The translations under genes were made by a program, and so were the position numbers. From Zootoca vivipara (taxonomy: Eukaryota), in contig NC_083285.1 of NCBI RefSeq assembly GCF_963506605.1, positions 27,342,001-27,406,000 on the forward strand: a stretch of 64,000 nucleotides of DNA, in the 5' to 3' direction. A model generated the notes under the pieces. That model was not told the DNA's origin and searched no databases. It saw nothing but the letters and a program-made list of their open reading frames with translations. Below are positions 52,201 to 63,173 of this stretch, in pieces. How positions within the stretch are numbered: the first letter of the stretch is position 1; the number at the start of each line of letters is the position of its first letter.

Positions 52201-52466
52201 CAGTGGTGCCTCGCTAGACGAATTTAATTCATTCCACGGGTCAAATCGTATAACGAAAAATTCGTCTAGCGAATCCCATAGGAATGCATTGAATTTTTTT
52301 TAAAAAAATTAATTGAAATTTCAATGCATTCCTATGGGAAACCGCGATTCGCTAGACGAATTTTTCACAAAACAAATTTGTCTTGCGAGGCAACCTCCGC
52401 TCAAAAAATCTCTTCGTTAAGCGAAAAATTCGTCTTACAGGGCATTCATCTAGCGAGGTACCACTG
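52201..52466. mobile_element. Tc1/mariner-type MITE, sister of 5384-5670
   Basis: TIRs CAGTGGTGCCTCGCTAGA/TCTAGCGAGGTACCACTG with a TA TSD. Confidence 0.9.
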
Positions 52467-52565
52467 TAAATGCAAGTGTCAACTCTCATACAGGAATCAG
52501 TTGATCTGTAATTTTATGTGCCTACTGGTTTAGACTTAAGCACACATCAGTGACCCCGAGCATTA

Positions 52566-52567
<2 letters not shown>

Positions 52568-52600
<33 letters not shown>

Positions 52601-52617
52601 TGTCTGTCTGTCTGTCT
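52568..52617 (+). repeat. (GT)n(GTCT)n microsatellite
   Basis: Compound simple repeat. Confidence 0.9.
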
Positions 52618-52625
52618 ATCTAAGG

Positions 52626-52717
52626 CAGACATCCCCAGACTTCGGCCCTCCAGATGTTTTGGACTACAATTCCCGTCTTCCCCGACCACTGGGAGGGCCG
52701 CAGTTTGGGGGTGCCTG
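52626..52717. mobile_element. 92-bp hAT-type MITE
   Basis: TIRs CAGACATCCCCAGACT/AGTTTGGGGGTGCCTG with TSD ATCTAAGG/GTCTAAGG. The core ccctccagatgttttggactacaa is also seen, degraded, near 12960, 16260, 35910 and 40360. Confidence 0.8.
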
Positions 52718-55640
52718 GTCTAAGGTGTTGTTATCTCCAAGTGCTTATAAATCCTGAATTAGGATACCTCAGAAATAGGGCACTTGCACAGAGAGATATT
52801 CAAAAGCTTCTTACTTGCACTAGATTTTAAATGCTTAAGGTAAACACAAGCCAATTTTTCAAGCTTCACTACCCAACTGAGAGAGCTGCAAATGTTTTTT
52901 TTTTTGCATTCAGTTTAGATCGTAAGATTCATGATAAAATAACAGTGTCTGAAATTGAGTAGGCATTGTTTGTGTCCATAAATATTTAGATATTGATGCT
53001 GGAATATCAGGATCTTAGTCAACAACCTGTTTGCCATGTTTCAGTTTTAAATATGATTTTTCTACAATAGTAGCCTAAAATGAGAGAAACTCTAGTGAAG
53101 AGGAAATAATCTCATATTGGTAAAAAGAATAAGCTGAGCTGTAGGGGTTTACAACACAATGCTTTTTGGAAGCTAAGGATGACTGTTTGACATTTCATTT
53201 TCTAAGAAGTCTAAACAACCACAATAAATTTACAAATGTAGGCATGCCATACTGTTAAATTTCATTTCACGCTCAGTAAGCAAACATTACCAAACTGTCG
53301 TCCTCAGTCTTTTTAGCTAGAAATCTTGTAGCCAATAAAGATTTGACCTTGAAATATTTCACAGAAGGATAAATTGGCTTAGTTTGCTAGTCACTCTTTT
53401 AAAGAATCTGCTGGCCAGCAAGGTAAGATTGTGTTTACTATTGCATTATCACATGATACTGGGCAAAACCTAACTTAACCATCCATACCAATCAAACATA
53501 CACATCATATGGATGTACTGAGCACTGAATCAGATCAGGAAATATGTGTTTCCTAAGAGCTTTTAATACTTACTTTATTATAATAGAGAAGCATTTACAT
53601 TTCTACAGCCAAAGAACACACGTAGCTTTATAGGAAAAGATCATTAACTACTGCAAGTCCCTGTTCATCAGTTTTTGCTTTGAGTGCATCTACACATCAA
53701 AAAGAAAAATGCCCTTGTCTTATTTACTCAAGGGATGTTTATGCTATCTTAGCAAAGCAGTAATTCATTTGAAATATTGCACCACAGTAGCAGTGCAAAT
53801 TTGGAAAACAAATACAGAAGATGGAGCCATTTGCTTATTTGCATTACTCAATAACTGAGTTTATAAATGTGATCCATTTATATTGTTATTTCCTCACTAT
53901 TACGGTATTATAACACCATGGATTAAATTCAAGCTTACAAATACTTGTATATTATCAACATACACATAGACAAAATAAACAACTAAATACAGTATAAAAA
54001 AAACTTTTAGTTGGATATGTTGCAATACTGTAAAACATTATTTATTTAAGAAATTTATATTCTCCCTTTCAAAAAAAATTAAAAATCTTCAGGGTGAACA
54101 TAGAAAGCTGCTGGTCCATCTAGTTTAGAACTGTTTACTCTGACTGACAGGTTTCAAGCTATAGTTCCTGCCCCCCCCCCGTCCTATCTGGAGATACTAG
54201 AGATTGAGCATGGGAATTTCTACAGAAGGGGGGTGGGCTGTGTGGAGCCCAAACAATGGTGCAAATTTGGGTGATTTGGGAGTCTCCCTCTCCCTCCCAA
54301 GCATGATATCAATAAACACCCGACTCGAATCAAGGCCCTCGCAAAGCCTCATGCCACTCTGCCATTTCTGTCATTTTATGCATCCTTTGCGCCCCCGCCC
54401 CCCATTTCTTTGTTTCTCTGGTCCACAGGCTTTGCATAAAATGAAGCTGACCAATATATTGCCTGAGGAGCATTGAAAAGTTCTTTATTGTTGTTTGTTT
54501 GTTTGTTAAAACACAGTACTGGGTTTTTTTATAGAAAGCTTCATTTTTTTAAATAAATAAATCATACATTGCTCTTTTAACAACAACAGATCTGCACAGG
54601 GAACATTTTGCAAACCTATCAGAGGACATAAGGACCCAAAAAGAAAGAATCAGTATGAAGATTTTATATATATTAAATGCACACGAAAGAACACAAACCA
54701 CTTGGCAACCTCCTAATTATTTAAGGTAAGGAAGAGCAAGAGGCAACCCCTTGCCAAGGGATCATGGAGGGAAATGAGTATGTCTTACTGCCTTCGCACA
54801 AAGCCCATGGACCAATTTGCCTGAAATTTGGCAGACTTAAATCAATTTTCTCATGGGGCTCTTGTGCCTATAAATTTCACCCACTTTGGCCCAAAGGAGA
54901 GAAAAAAACAATGTTGTCATTCCTAGAGCTTGGAAAGGTATTATTTCATTTCATATTTTAAAGCAAGCTTACCCAATTCACACTTCCTGAATCAAAACAC
55001 AAAGCAAACCTCAAATATCATTTGAAATTTGCATTCTCTGAATTGCTCTCCAACCAAAAAATTAATACTAAAAAAAAAATCACATATATTATTAGGGGAA
55101 AGTTCATGGGGAAATGTGTATATTTGTAAACAAAATGTTTAAAGTACATTATATCAGATAAAATTGCTTTCAAAAGTGTGTGTATTAGAAAATGCACATG
55201 ACATACATGTTGACTTTAAAAAAAAAAATGCAAAATGAGGCAGAAATAGAACAAACAGAGCTTTTCTGAAGGAAGAGAAATATCAGAAGTCCTTTAGGCC
55301 ACTTACTAGTATTCCAAGCTCAGTTTTACAGTACCTTGCATTCAAAGTGTGTAATGCTTGCATTTATTGTTTCCCTGGACTTAATGATCCAATATTAACA
55401 AAATCAAAGAACCCATGTCCTAAAAAAAGTCGCCCATTCAGTACCCTGAAATTAGTTTCAAAAGTGCATTGATTGGCCCAGGAAACTTTCTTCTGATTCA
55501 TATATCAGAGTGGACTGCTTGAATTTAAAAGAGTTACGCTTAATGAATGTTTTTATGTAGCTACACTTGCCAAATAATTTTCCCCTGAAGAAGAACTTTA
55601 CAGCTTGAAATGTGCTCAGATATTGAACTTGGTTCAATAA

Positions 55641-56049
55641 CAGGTAGGTAGCCGTGTTGGTCTGAGTCGAAGCAAAATAAAAAAATTCATTCAGTAGCAC
55701 CTTAAACACCAACTAAGTTTATATTTTGGTATGAGCTTTCGTGTGCATGCACACTTCTTCAGATGTGCATGCACACTTCTTCAGAGCTTTTTGCATGCAC
55801 ACGAAAGCTCATACCAAAATATAAACTTAGTTGGTCTTTAAGGTGCTACTGAAGGAATTTTTTTATTTTGCTTCGACTCAGACCAACACGGCTACCTACC
55901 TGTAACTAGAACTATGGAAGGCACCACATTGAACCGCATGAAATGGAAGTCCATCTTGGTATCTGAAGAAGTGTGCATGCACACGAAAGCTCATACCAAA
56001 ATATAAACTTAGTTGGTCTTTAAGGTGCTACTGAAGGAATTTTTTTATT
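55641..56049 (+). mobile_element. Short non-autonomous or truncated Penelope-like element (inverted plus direct pseudo-LTR repeats)
   Basis: An inverted copy (55641-55751) is followed by two direct copies (55792-55902 and about 55974-56049) of one unit. It carries a hammerhead motif and a 12-bp flanking duplication TTGGTTCAATAA (55629-40, 56050-61). Confidence 0.8.
55956..55999 (+). ncRNA. Minimal type I hammerhead ribozyme motif
   Basis: Stem I TTGGTAT (55956-62)/ATACCAA (55993-99). Core CTGAAGA at 55963-69. Stem II is the palindrome GTGTGCATGCACAC (55971-84). GAAA at 55985-88. Vestigial stem III AGCT. Predicted cleavage after C55992. Confidence 0.8.
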
Positions 56050-56372
56050 TTGGTTCAATAAATCTTCATGCACCTTCTGCAATTTTCTGTGCAACAATAT
56101 TTAAGGCTAGTCACAAATATGCATCTTGAACTGAAGAGGGGAATGAAAACCAATCTGGTATGTGTTTGATTTGGCATGGGAAAGTATCTGGAAGGGAAAG
56201 GATTATGCACCCGTCACTTCTGTGCTTAAAATCACACACCACGCCCTACTAGAACTGTTAGCAACAATAGCATTTGGCTCTGTTGCATGCATTTTGTGCA
56301 TAGTTTTCCCTTAAAGAGTTGCTCCAGCTAATAAAACCCCTGCTCCTTTTTGGTCTGCTTGTCTTTATCTTA

Positions 56373-56538
56373 GGCTGTGTATACACCATGCATTTTAAAG
56401 CATCCCCCCAATGCAAGAAACCTGGGAACTGTAGTTTGTTAAGGGTGCTGTGAATTGCAGCTCTATGAGAGGTAAACTAAAGTTCCTAGGATACTTGGGG
56501 GTGAAAAATGTGTTTAAATGTATGGTGTGCATAAATCC
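56373..56538. mobile_element. PIF/Harbinger-like MITE
   Basis: Imperfect TIRs GGCTGTGTATACACCATGCATTTTAAA/TTTAAATGTATGGTGTGCATAAATCC flanked by TTA on both sides. Degraded relatives lie near 20430 and 29510. Confidence 0.65.
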
Positions 56539-56542
56539 TTAG

Positions 56543-56904
56543 CATAGCTGCCAAGTCTCCCGCTTTTCGCAGGAAACCCCCGTATTTTAAACCATTTCCT
56601 GCTGGCAGCCCAGATTGCAAAAAAAACCTGTAAATCCCCCAGATTTCCTACCTGCCAGGGAGGCTCCATTTTGGGTCCTGGCACTGCCCGATTTTTGGTG
56701 CCCATACATGGGTAGCGCGGCACCGGAAGTCGCTTCTACGTAGAAGCGACTTCCGGTGCCGCTCTGCCCATGCCTGGGCACAGAAAATCGGGCAGAGCGG
56801 CACCAGAAGTTGCTTCTACGCATGTCCAGACATACGTAGAAGCGACTTCCGGTGCCGCACCGCTGCTGATCCCGCATTTTTCAGCGGGAGACTTGGCAGC
56901 TATG
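56543..56904. mobile_element. 362-bp hAT-type MITE with CATAGCTGCCAAG termini
   Basis: TIRs CATAGCTGCCAAGTCTCCCGCT/AGCGGGAGACTTGGCAGCTATG and a perfect 8-bp TSD ATCCTTAG (56535-42, 56905-12). Confidence 0.92.
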
Positions 56905-58572
56905 ATCCTTAGTCATACCTGGAAAGACACTGAAAATTACTTCTGTAACTAGGGAGATAGTATCATAACGTCTGAAAATCTCTGACATAAAACATGGCAC
57001 TGCTATAGCTGACAATATGAGAGATAATATCCCAAATACTTCTGAGAAATTAGCAATTTGATGTCTCTCTAGCAGCTATTGCCAGTTCCAATGCTTACAG
57101 CTTCTGGTAGAAGTTTTGTTTACACTGGATCATTCTCTGCCCCCAGCATGATGACATCCAGGGAGCACCTCTTCTCCCCTATACACTAGGGCGTGTCATT
57201 TAAGGACGGAATTTTTTTTGTGTGAATTTGCTCAATGAGGGGTTCTAAAAATCCGTTATTGCACATGAGGAACCCAAACCTGCAATTATTTTTATGATTG
57301 GTTGATGATTAGCTTGGTAAATTGAGATCTGTTTGAAATACACTTCAAAAAAGCCAAAAACTCGCATTTTGAAGCAAAGTTAAAGTTTTTAATCATTTTA
57401 TACAAGCAAAAATATAAAGAAATTTTGTTTCCAGCTGTAACAACATATCATTACTTTATCTTATAACGTCCTATTATAGTAAAAAAAAAAAAAAAGAATA
57501 ATAAATGAACAACTTCAAGGGCTGGTGTCACATGATCATGTATCTGCTGAGGGCCCACATCTGAGCAGGAGAGCCACTGGCAGAAGCCCCCTGGACCATG
57601 CTCTTCAAAAGAAGTGTACACTGTTAAAATTTGATTCCTGTCGAATCTAAAGGCCTGCTCTTGATCCTCACAAAGATGGTGTCAGACTTAGAGAAACCAT
57701 ATTCCATGCAAGTCAAGACTTCTGTTCATTTAATGGTTCTGAAGCAGGAGAATATATAGTATTTCCATCCTTCCATCACTGTGATAGAAGGGTTACCATA
57801 ATGCTTATTATCCATGCTACTATGGTATTGAAGGAACTAAAATCTTGTCTTTCTTAAAATGCGGCAATCCTTCTCTTAAGATTGGGTACCTGTCCAACAG
57901 CCTGAATTCTACACTATCTGAATGCTGTTTTTGCACCCCCAATTTACCCAATAAGGAAAGAATGTCACTCGACTGAACTTTGGTAGCTCTACTTTACAGT
58001 GTATTTTTAACACCTCCAAGTAGTTTATCCAGTCCTCTGCATAGACTTCAGTATCGTGTTTATCACCATAGCTATTCTTCAAAGAAAACATGCTTTTCTC
58101 CTTCATGGGAATAAAATTCTGTTTGCAAAGGGTGGGAGTGAGCAACAAAGGGACACAATTCTCTGCTGAATATAGTATATATATACATATAGAATATAGT
58201 ATAGTATAATAAAATGATGTTGGTGGGAGAGGATCCCAGCTCCTTTGATGACCACACAATTGTTCTGGTACCAGAGATGCTCTGTAACATATTCAAGCAA
58301 GACCCCAGCCCCCAGTCTCCAAAGCAACACAGAAGACAATTGCTAGGGCTGGTTAGATGTCCTCATGCCACCCCATTCTGTCTATCTCGGATAGACGATA
58401 AATCTACTTGTCAGAGCATTTCGGCTTTGAAACCCCAACGACCTCAGTGGGTGGACTGGTGGTAGAAGCAAAAAATATATCACATACTGTTGTATAATAT
58501 TAATATTAATAGTACAGGTAACTACAATACATATATAAGAGAACTTATATATGCATGCCTCATATATGCATG

Positions 58573-58747
58573 CCTCACAAGACGAAGTTTCCTATGACCG
58601 CGCTTCACAAGATGAATAGAAACACATTAACTAAATGGGTAGACCGGGTAAACCAGGAAAATTTTAAACCATGCTTTGCAAGATGAATTTTTTGCTATAT
58701 GAAGCAACTCACAGAACAAATTATTTTCATCTTGCAAGGTACCACTG
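58573..58747. mobile_element. Degenerate Tc1/mariner-type MITE related to 40021-40311
   Basis: aagacgaagtttcctatg...gaagcaactca..gaacaaatta...AGGTACCACTG-TA. The left TIR is not found. Confidence 0.7.
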
Positions 58748-60595
58748 TAGCTTGTAATCAATTTTAGGCACTTATCAATATCAGTTTTCATCAAAATTGG
58801 GGAATAACCTATACCTTTAAATGACAGAATTTTTTTTAAAAATGTTAAAAAGTAGGAATTTTTCACATAGAGATTTACCAAGCAAGACCTAAATATTTAC
58901 AAGTAACCAAAATAGATTTCAAATTACCTCATCATACCACAACTTTTTAACACCCCTCAAATCAGGATTTTTAAAGATGATCAATTCAACATGCCCTACC
59001 TATACACTGCAAAGACTGAGAAAACCTCAATGGCTATTTGCCACTGGTCACTCATCCACCCAGGCAGGTTGGCAAATGGTAATGCAGAAAGGGAGCTGGA
59101 GGGAGCAGGGGGGGAGGAGCAGAGGGAAATCAGCTGCTGCTTTTGTACCCCATTTTTGCAGAGGCAAGTGAAAAACAGAGGCAAGGAACAGGATAAGACC
59201 ATTTTCTGGGGCTTCCCATGGGAATCTATTGCCCACTGGACTAGATGGGCTAGTGGCCTGATCCAGCAGGGAACACACCTACCTGCCCTTTTGCCTCTAT
59301 GAGATGGAGGCAGCTGCTATTCAATGCCTAATGGACATCACCCTGACCATGAACTAACTTAGATTTTCAAGTATAGCCTCATTTATTTTTTTAAAGATTT
59401 TTGATTAAAGATTTCTTGAATTACAAAGGTGTGTGCAGTGTATCTCATATTTTAACATGTATCATTTTTGCAAATCAGTTTCATTTGTTAAGACACTAAG
59501 AAGAAAGAGGGAAAATGAGGTAGATAGGGGGTGAGAGGGGAGGGAGGGTGCTGAATTAACAGCAAATTGGTGTAGCCAAGCACCACAAACAGACATGCAG
59601 AACAGAGACTTTTGAAGAGCTTAGAGGAAACATTTTAGCACCCAAGGACTATACTTCTCACATGAAAAAAAAATGTTTTACAGAACATTCAGTTCAGCCC
59701 TTACAAATCAGTTATCACCATGAGTAAGAAGGAAGAAAAAAAATCACCATAGGTCTAGGTTTTACAGGCTATGTGCCCCTTTCCCCAGAGTCCTAAATAC
59801 CGTATAAATAAGACGGGTTGAATTAAATCCATTTATTAACATTTATATACCGTCCTATAGGCTCCTAGCAGCCTACTTCTGTCACCATCTTTCCAGCTTG
59901 ATAATTCTGTAACAGAACGCATTGAAATGATGATGTTTGCATTTTTTCCCCCAGCAAACACATTAAGAAATGCAAATGCTACTGTCATTTTTGTGGTGGT
60001 GGAGGTACCATCTGTTTCAAGAAAGTTGTTATGCTCTAATATATGTGGATTAGGCTTGTTTTAAATAAAAAACACCACAACAACCTTAAGTTATATTTAA
60101 ATGTATGCATCAATTATTTATGGATGGTCATGTGTTTTATTATGTGGCATATTAAGAGACCTTTGGGGAGAAGAGAAAGAACTATGAGTCAGATATTAAG
60201 TGACTAAAATAGAGGCTTAAATTCAAATTATCTAGACAGCTAAGCAATATCGACGTGTGTGTGTGTGTGTGTGTAGATAGATGCCTTCAGGTGGAAAAGA
60301 TGAAAAAATTATCCAGTAGCAGTAGGCACTTGTTAGCTAAGACCAGAAAGAGTACTGTATATGCAAAGTTCTAACTCCATATCCTAGCACTTGTTAAACT
60401 AATATCAGCCTTAAGAAGAGATAGCAAAACCTATGTTTTTTAGTTCCCCTAACATTTTCTGTTTAAAGGTGGTTGGTAACTAAAAACCATAGATTTTGCT
60501 ATGTCTTCTTTACAGCTCACGGTATCAATTTCAAGTTGAAACCATTATTGTTTAAAAAAATAATGAAATATTTTAAAGTAATTCACTATCCATTA

Positions 60596-61078
60596 CAGTC
60601 ATACCTCAGATTATGGCCGATTCAGGTTGCACGTTTTTGGGTTGCGCACCACGCCGAACCCGGAAGTACAGTGGAACCTCGGTTTACGACTACCTCCGTT
60701 TACGAAAACCTCCGTTTACGAACGCCGCAGACCCGGAAGTGTTTACATCTGGGTTCCGTGGCGTCAGATGCGCAGACGCAATCTGTGCAGCTCACGCGTG
60801 CGTAGATGTGCTCTATCGGCGCTTCGCACAGGCACAGAAGCATGCCTTCGGCAAGCGAACGCCTCTGCAGAATAGATTGTGTTCGCAAACCAAGGTACCA
60901 CTGTACCAGAATGGGTTACTTTCAGATTTTGGCGCTCGCGCATGCGCAGAACTGCTAAATTGCACTTTGCACATGCGCAGAAGCGCTGAATCAAGACCCG
61001 CATGTGTGCAGACGCGGTGCTGCGGGTTGTGAATGTGGCCTCCTGCACAGATCACGTTCTCAACCCGAGCATCCACTG
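60596..61078. mobile_element. Tc1/mariner-type MITE hosting a second MITE
   Basis: Ends CAGTCATACCTC ... GAGCATCCACTG with TA flanks. Confidence 0.8.
60669..60903. mobile_element. Tc1/mariner-type MITE nested at a TA of the 60596 element
   Basis: TIRs CAGTGGAACCTCGGTTTACGA/TCGCAAACCAAGGTACCACTG, TA at 60667-68 and 60904-05. Confidence 0.88.
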
Positions 61079-61596
61079 TACTTTATAGTCTAGTAAAATA
61101 AATAAATTCTAGAAAACACATTCCTCTAAGTCTGCTAAAAGCATGTCATTAATTTTCAGTGCAATTCCAGAAAGTTATTTCTGCAAGTCCTTATGAACTT
61201 TGTGCTACAAAAAAGTGCAACACTGCTTTGGAAGCAACACCAATTCATTTGTTAAAAAATAAATATACTTACTAATACAGTAAAAAATACTTTTTTGTGC
61301 ATGCATAATATCAGCTATGGAGGAGTGCATAGCTCAGGGCAAACGAGATATGGGGAGGAATTGCAGTGCTGGGTTTTTAAAAATGCACTTTTCAAAAATA
61401 AGAGTGTGAGCTCTAATTTTTACAACAAATGAAGGGAAACCTTTCTTTCTGTCATTATCCTGCTATGCTCTGTTGCTCCAGGCAATCCCTGCCCCAGTTA
61501 ATCCCAGTTCACTGCAGTCACTTTTCTCCCAATAAGCAGCTCTCTAAGATGGGAGGGATTTATCGCAACTTATCTTTGCATCTTTTGATCTAAGTA

Positions 61597-61670
61597 CTGG
61601 GGTGGCTGGGGAAACCCAGCCAGATGGGCGGGATAAAAATAATAAATTACTACTACTACCACTACTACTA
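61597..61670 (+). mobile_element. L2-clade 3' tail fragment
   Basis: gtggctggggaaacccagccagatgggcggg...aataataaatt followed by a (TAC)n tail, matching the L2 ends at 13440 and 15180. Confidence 0.7.
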
Positions 61671-61838
61671 GACCAGACTGCACTTTATACCTGAAGTGTG
61701 CACAAATGGGGTCTCAATATTCTCCATCTAATTTTTAGGTAAAAGAATTGGTATGGGGCATTTTGCCAAATTTATGCAACTGGAGGAAGCATAATTTGGG
61801 GGTAGTGTCCCCATTTGTAGTGGCAGTAGCAGAGGTTA

Positions 61839-62081
61839 CAGTGGTACCTTGGTTTTTGAATGTAATCCATTTCGGAAGACCATTCCGAGTTCTGAAACGT
61901 TCGAAAACTGAAAATTCAATAGCCGACACCTCGGCCTCAGGATCTTGCACTCAGTGGAAGCTGCGTGGCATGTTCAATTTCTGAGGCGTGTTCGAAAACC
62001 GAAGCATTTACTTCCAGGTTTACGGCATTTGAAAACCGAAATGTTAGTCAATGGAGCCGTTCGAAAACCAATGTACCACTG
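61839..62081. mobile_element. Tc1/mariner-type MITE
   Basis: TIRs CAGTGGTACCTTGGTTTTTGAA/TTCGAAAACCAATGTACCACTG. Confidence 0.85.
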
Positions 62082-62339
62082 TGTTTCATGTCCTAGGGAC
62101 TTTTGTTTTGCTGCTGCTGCTGCTACAAGCAATTGTGTTTGCAGCCAGCTACCAATTTGTACCCTTCACAATACTCTAGATCAGGCATTGTTCTGGAGCA
62201 TTGGGGTAGGCAGGTGGGGTTGTAGCCCACACAGAAAGAAAACATCAATCGATCGATATTTTGGGAAAATTCTGCAAAGTTATTTTTCTTTTTCCTCAGG
62301 GGAGCTAAGAAAGAGCAGTGACAGAAACTGTCTCAGAAA

Positions 62340-63173
62340 CATTTTTATACCAGCTTATCAGAAAATCCTGCATTTGAGAAAATTAAACGCAGATTGTTAG
62401 ACAACGAATTTCAAGAACGTAGTAGCCAAATCAGAAATAGCACCTGTGAGCAGATAAAAATGATGGACTATGCTGAACTTGCTAGATTGACATGCAAGAT
62501 TCGTGACCAGGGGGAGACAAGGTTTCAAAAGGACTGGAGTAAATATGTGGACTATATGGAGAAAAACTGTAGATCATTAAAAACTCTCGCAGGATTAAAA
62601 TAAACCTTACGAATTGACCAATATGTTAAAAAAGGAACTGCAAAAAAGGGAATTAACAAGAAAACCGCATGAAGGGAGGGGGGGAAGTCATAGCTCGGCG
62701 GAGCAAGGTAAAAGATGTGAATATAAGATTTTGTATAAAAGATTGGTTTTGTTAATTTGTTGAATTTGGAAAATCGGAATAAAATGTATTTTAAAAAAAA
62801 AAGAAATAGCACCTGTGCAATGTCGACTTATCTCGACTTAACCCTAAATCAACAAAGGGTGTATATGCTAGTGAGACAGAATGTGCTACCATCAGCAATA
62901 CTACAGGGGAGATTCCAGCAAATACCACTCACAGAGAGACCATGTCCTGGTGGACAGAATCATACAGAATCAGTTGCGCATGTTCTTTTGCACTGCCCCT
63001 TGTATCAGACAATTAAGATCATTCATCAGATGGCTGTTAGCCAGGAATGGCAGTCAGATGAATGTAAGGCAGCTTTCCTAATGTTTACCCAGGATGGGGA
63101 TAAGATGAAGATGGCAGCCAGGTTTCTGCAACAGGCAATGAGGATCCGTGAATGTTATACAACAGTATTTTAA
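62340..63173 (+). mobile_element. 3' end of a non-LTR retrotransposon ORF (RTE-X-like C-terminal Cys/His motif), interrupted by an L1
   Basis: LPSAILQGRFQQIPLTERPCPGGQNHTESVAHVLLHCPLY resembles the GR...ERxC...E..H.LL.C..Y zinc-knuckle tail of LINE ORF2. Clade assignment is tentative. Confidence 0.65.
62449..62801 (+). mobile_element. 5'-truncated L1 with poly(A) and a 16-bp TSD
   Basis: TSD AGAAATAGCACCTGTG (62433-48, 62802-17). Encodes QIKMMDYAELARLTCKIRD...FQKDWSKYVDYM (L1 ORF2 C-terminus type), then a 3' UTR, AATAAA and an A tail. Confidence 0.88.

Noticed and set aside
60473-61076. Cluster of six overlapping ORFs
   Set aside because: They coincide with two nested CpG-rich MITEs and show no transposase motifs.
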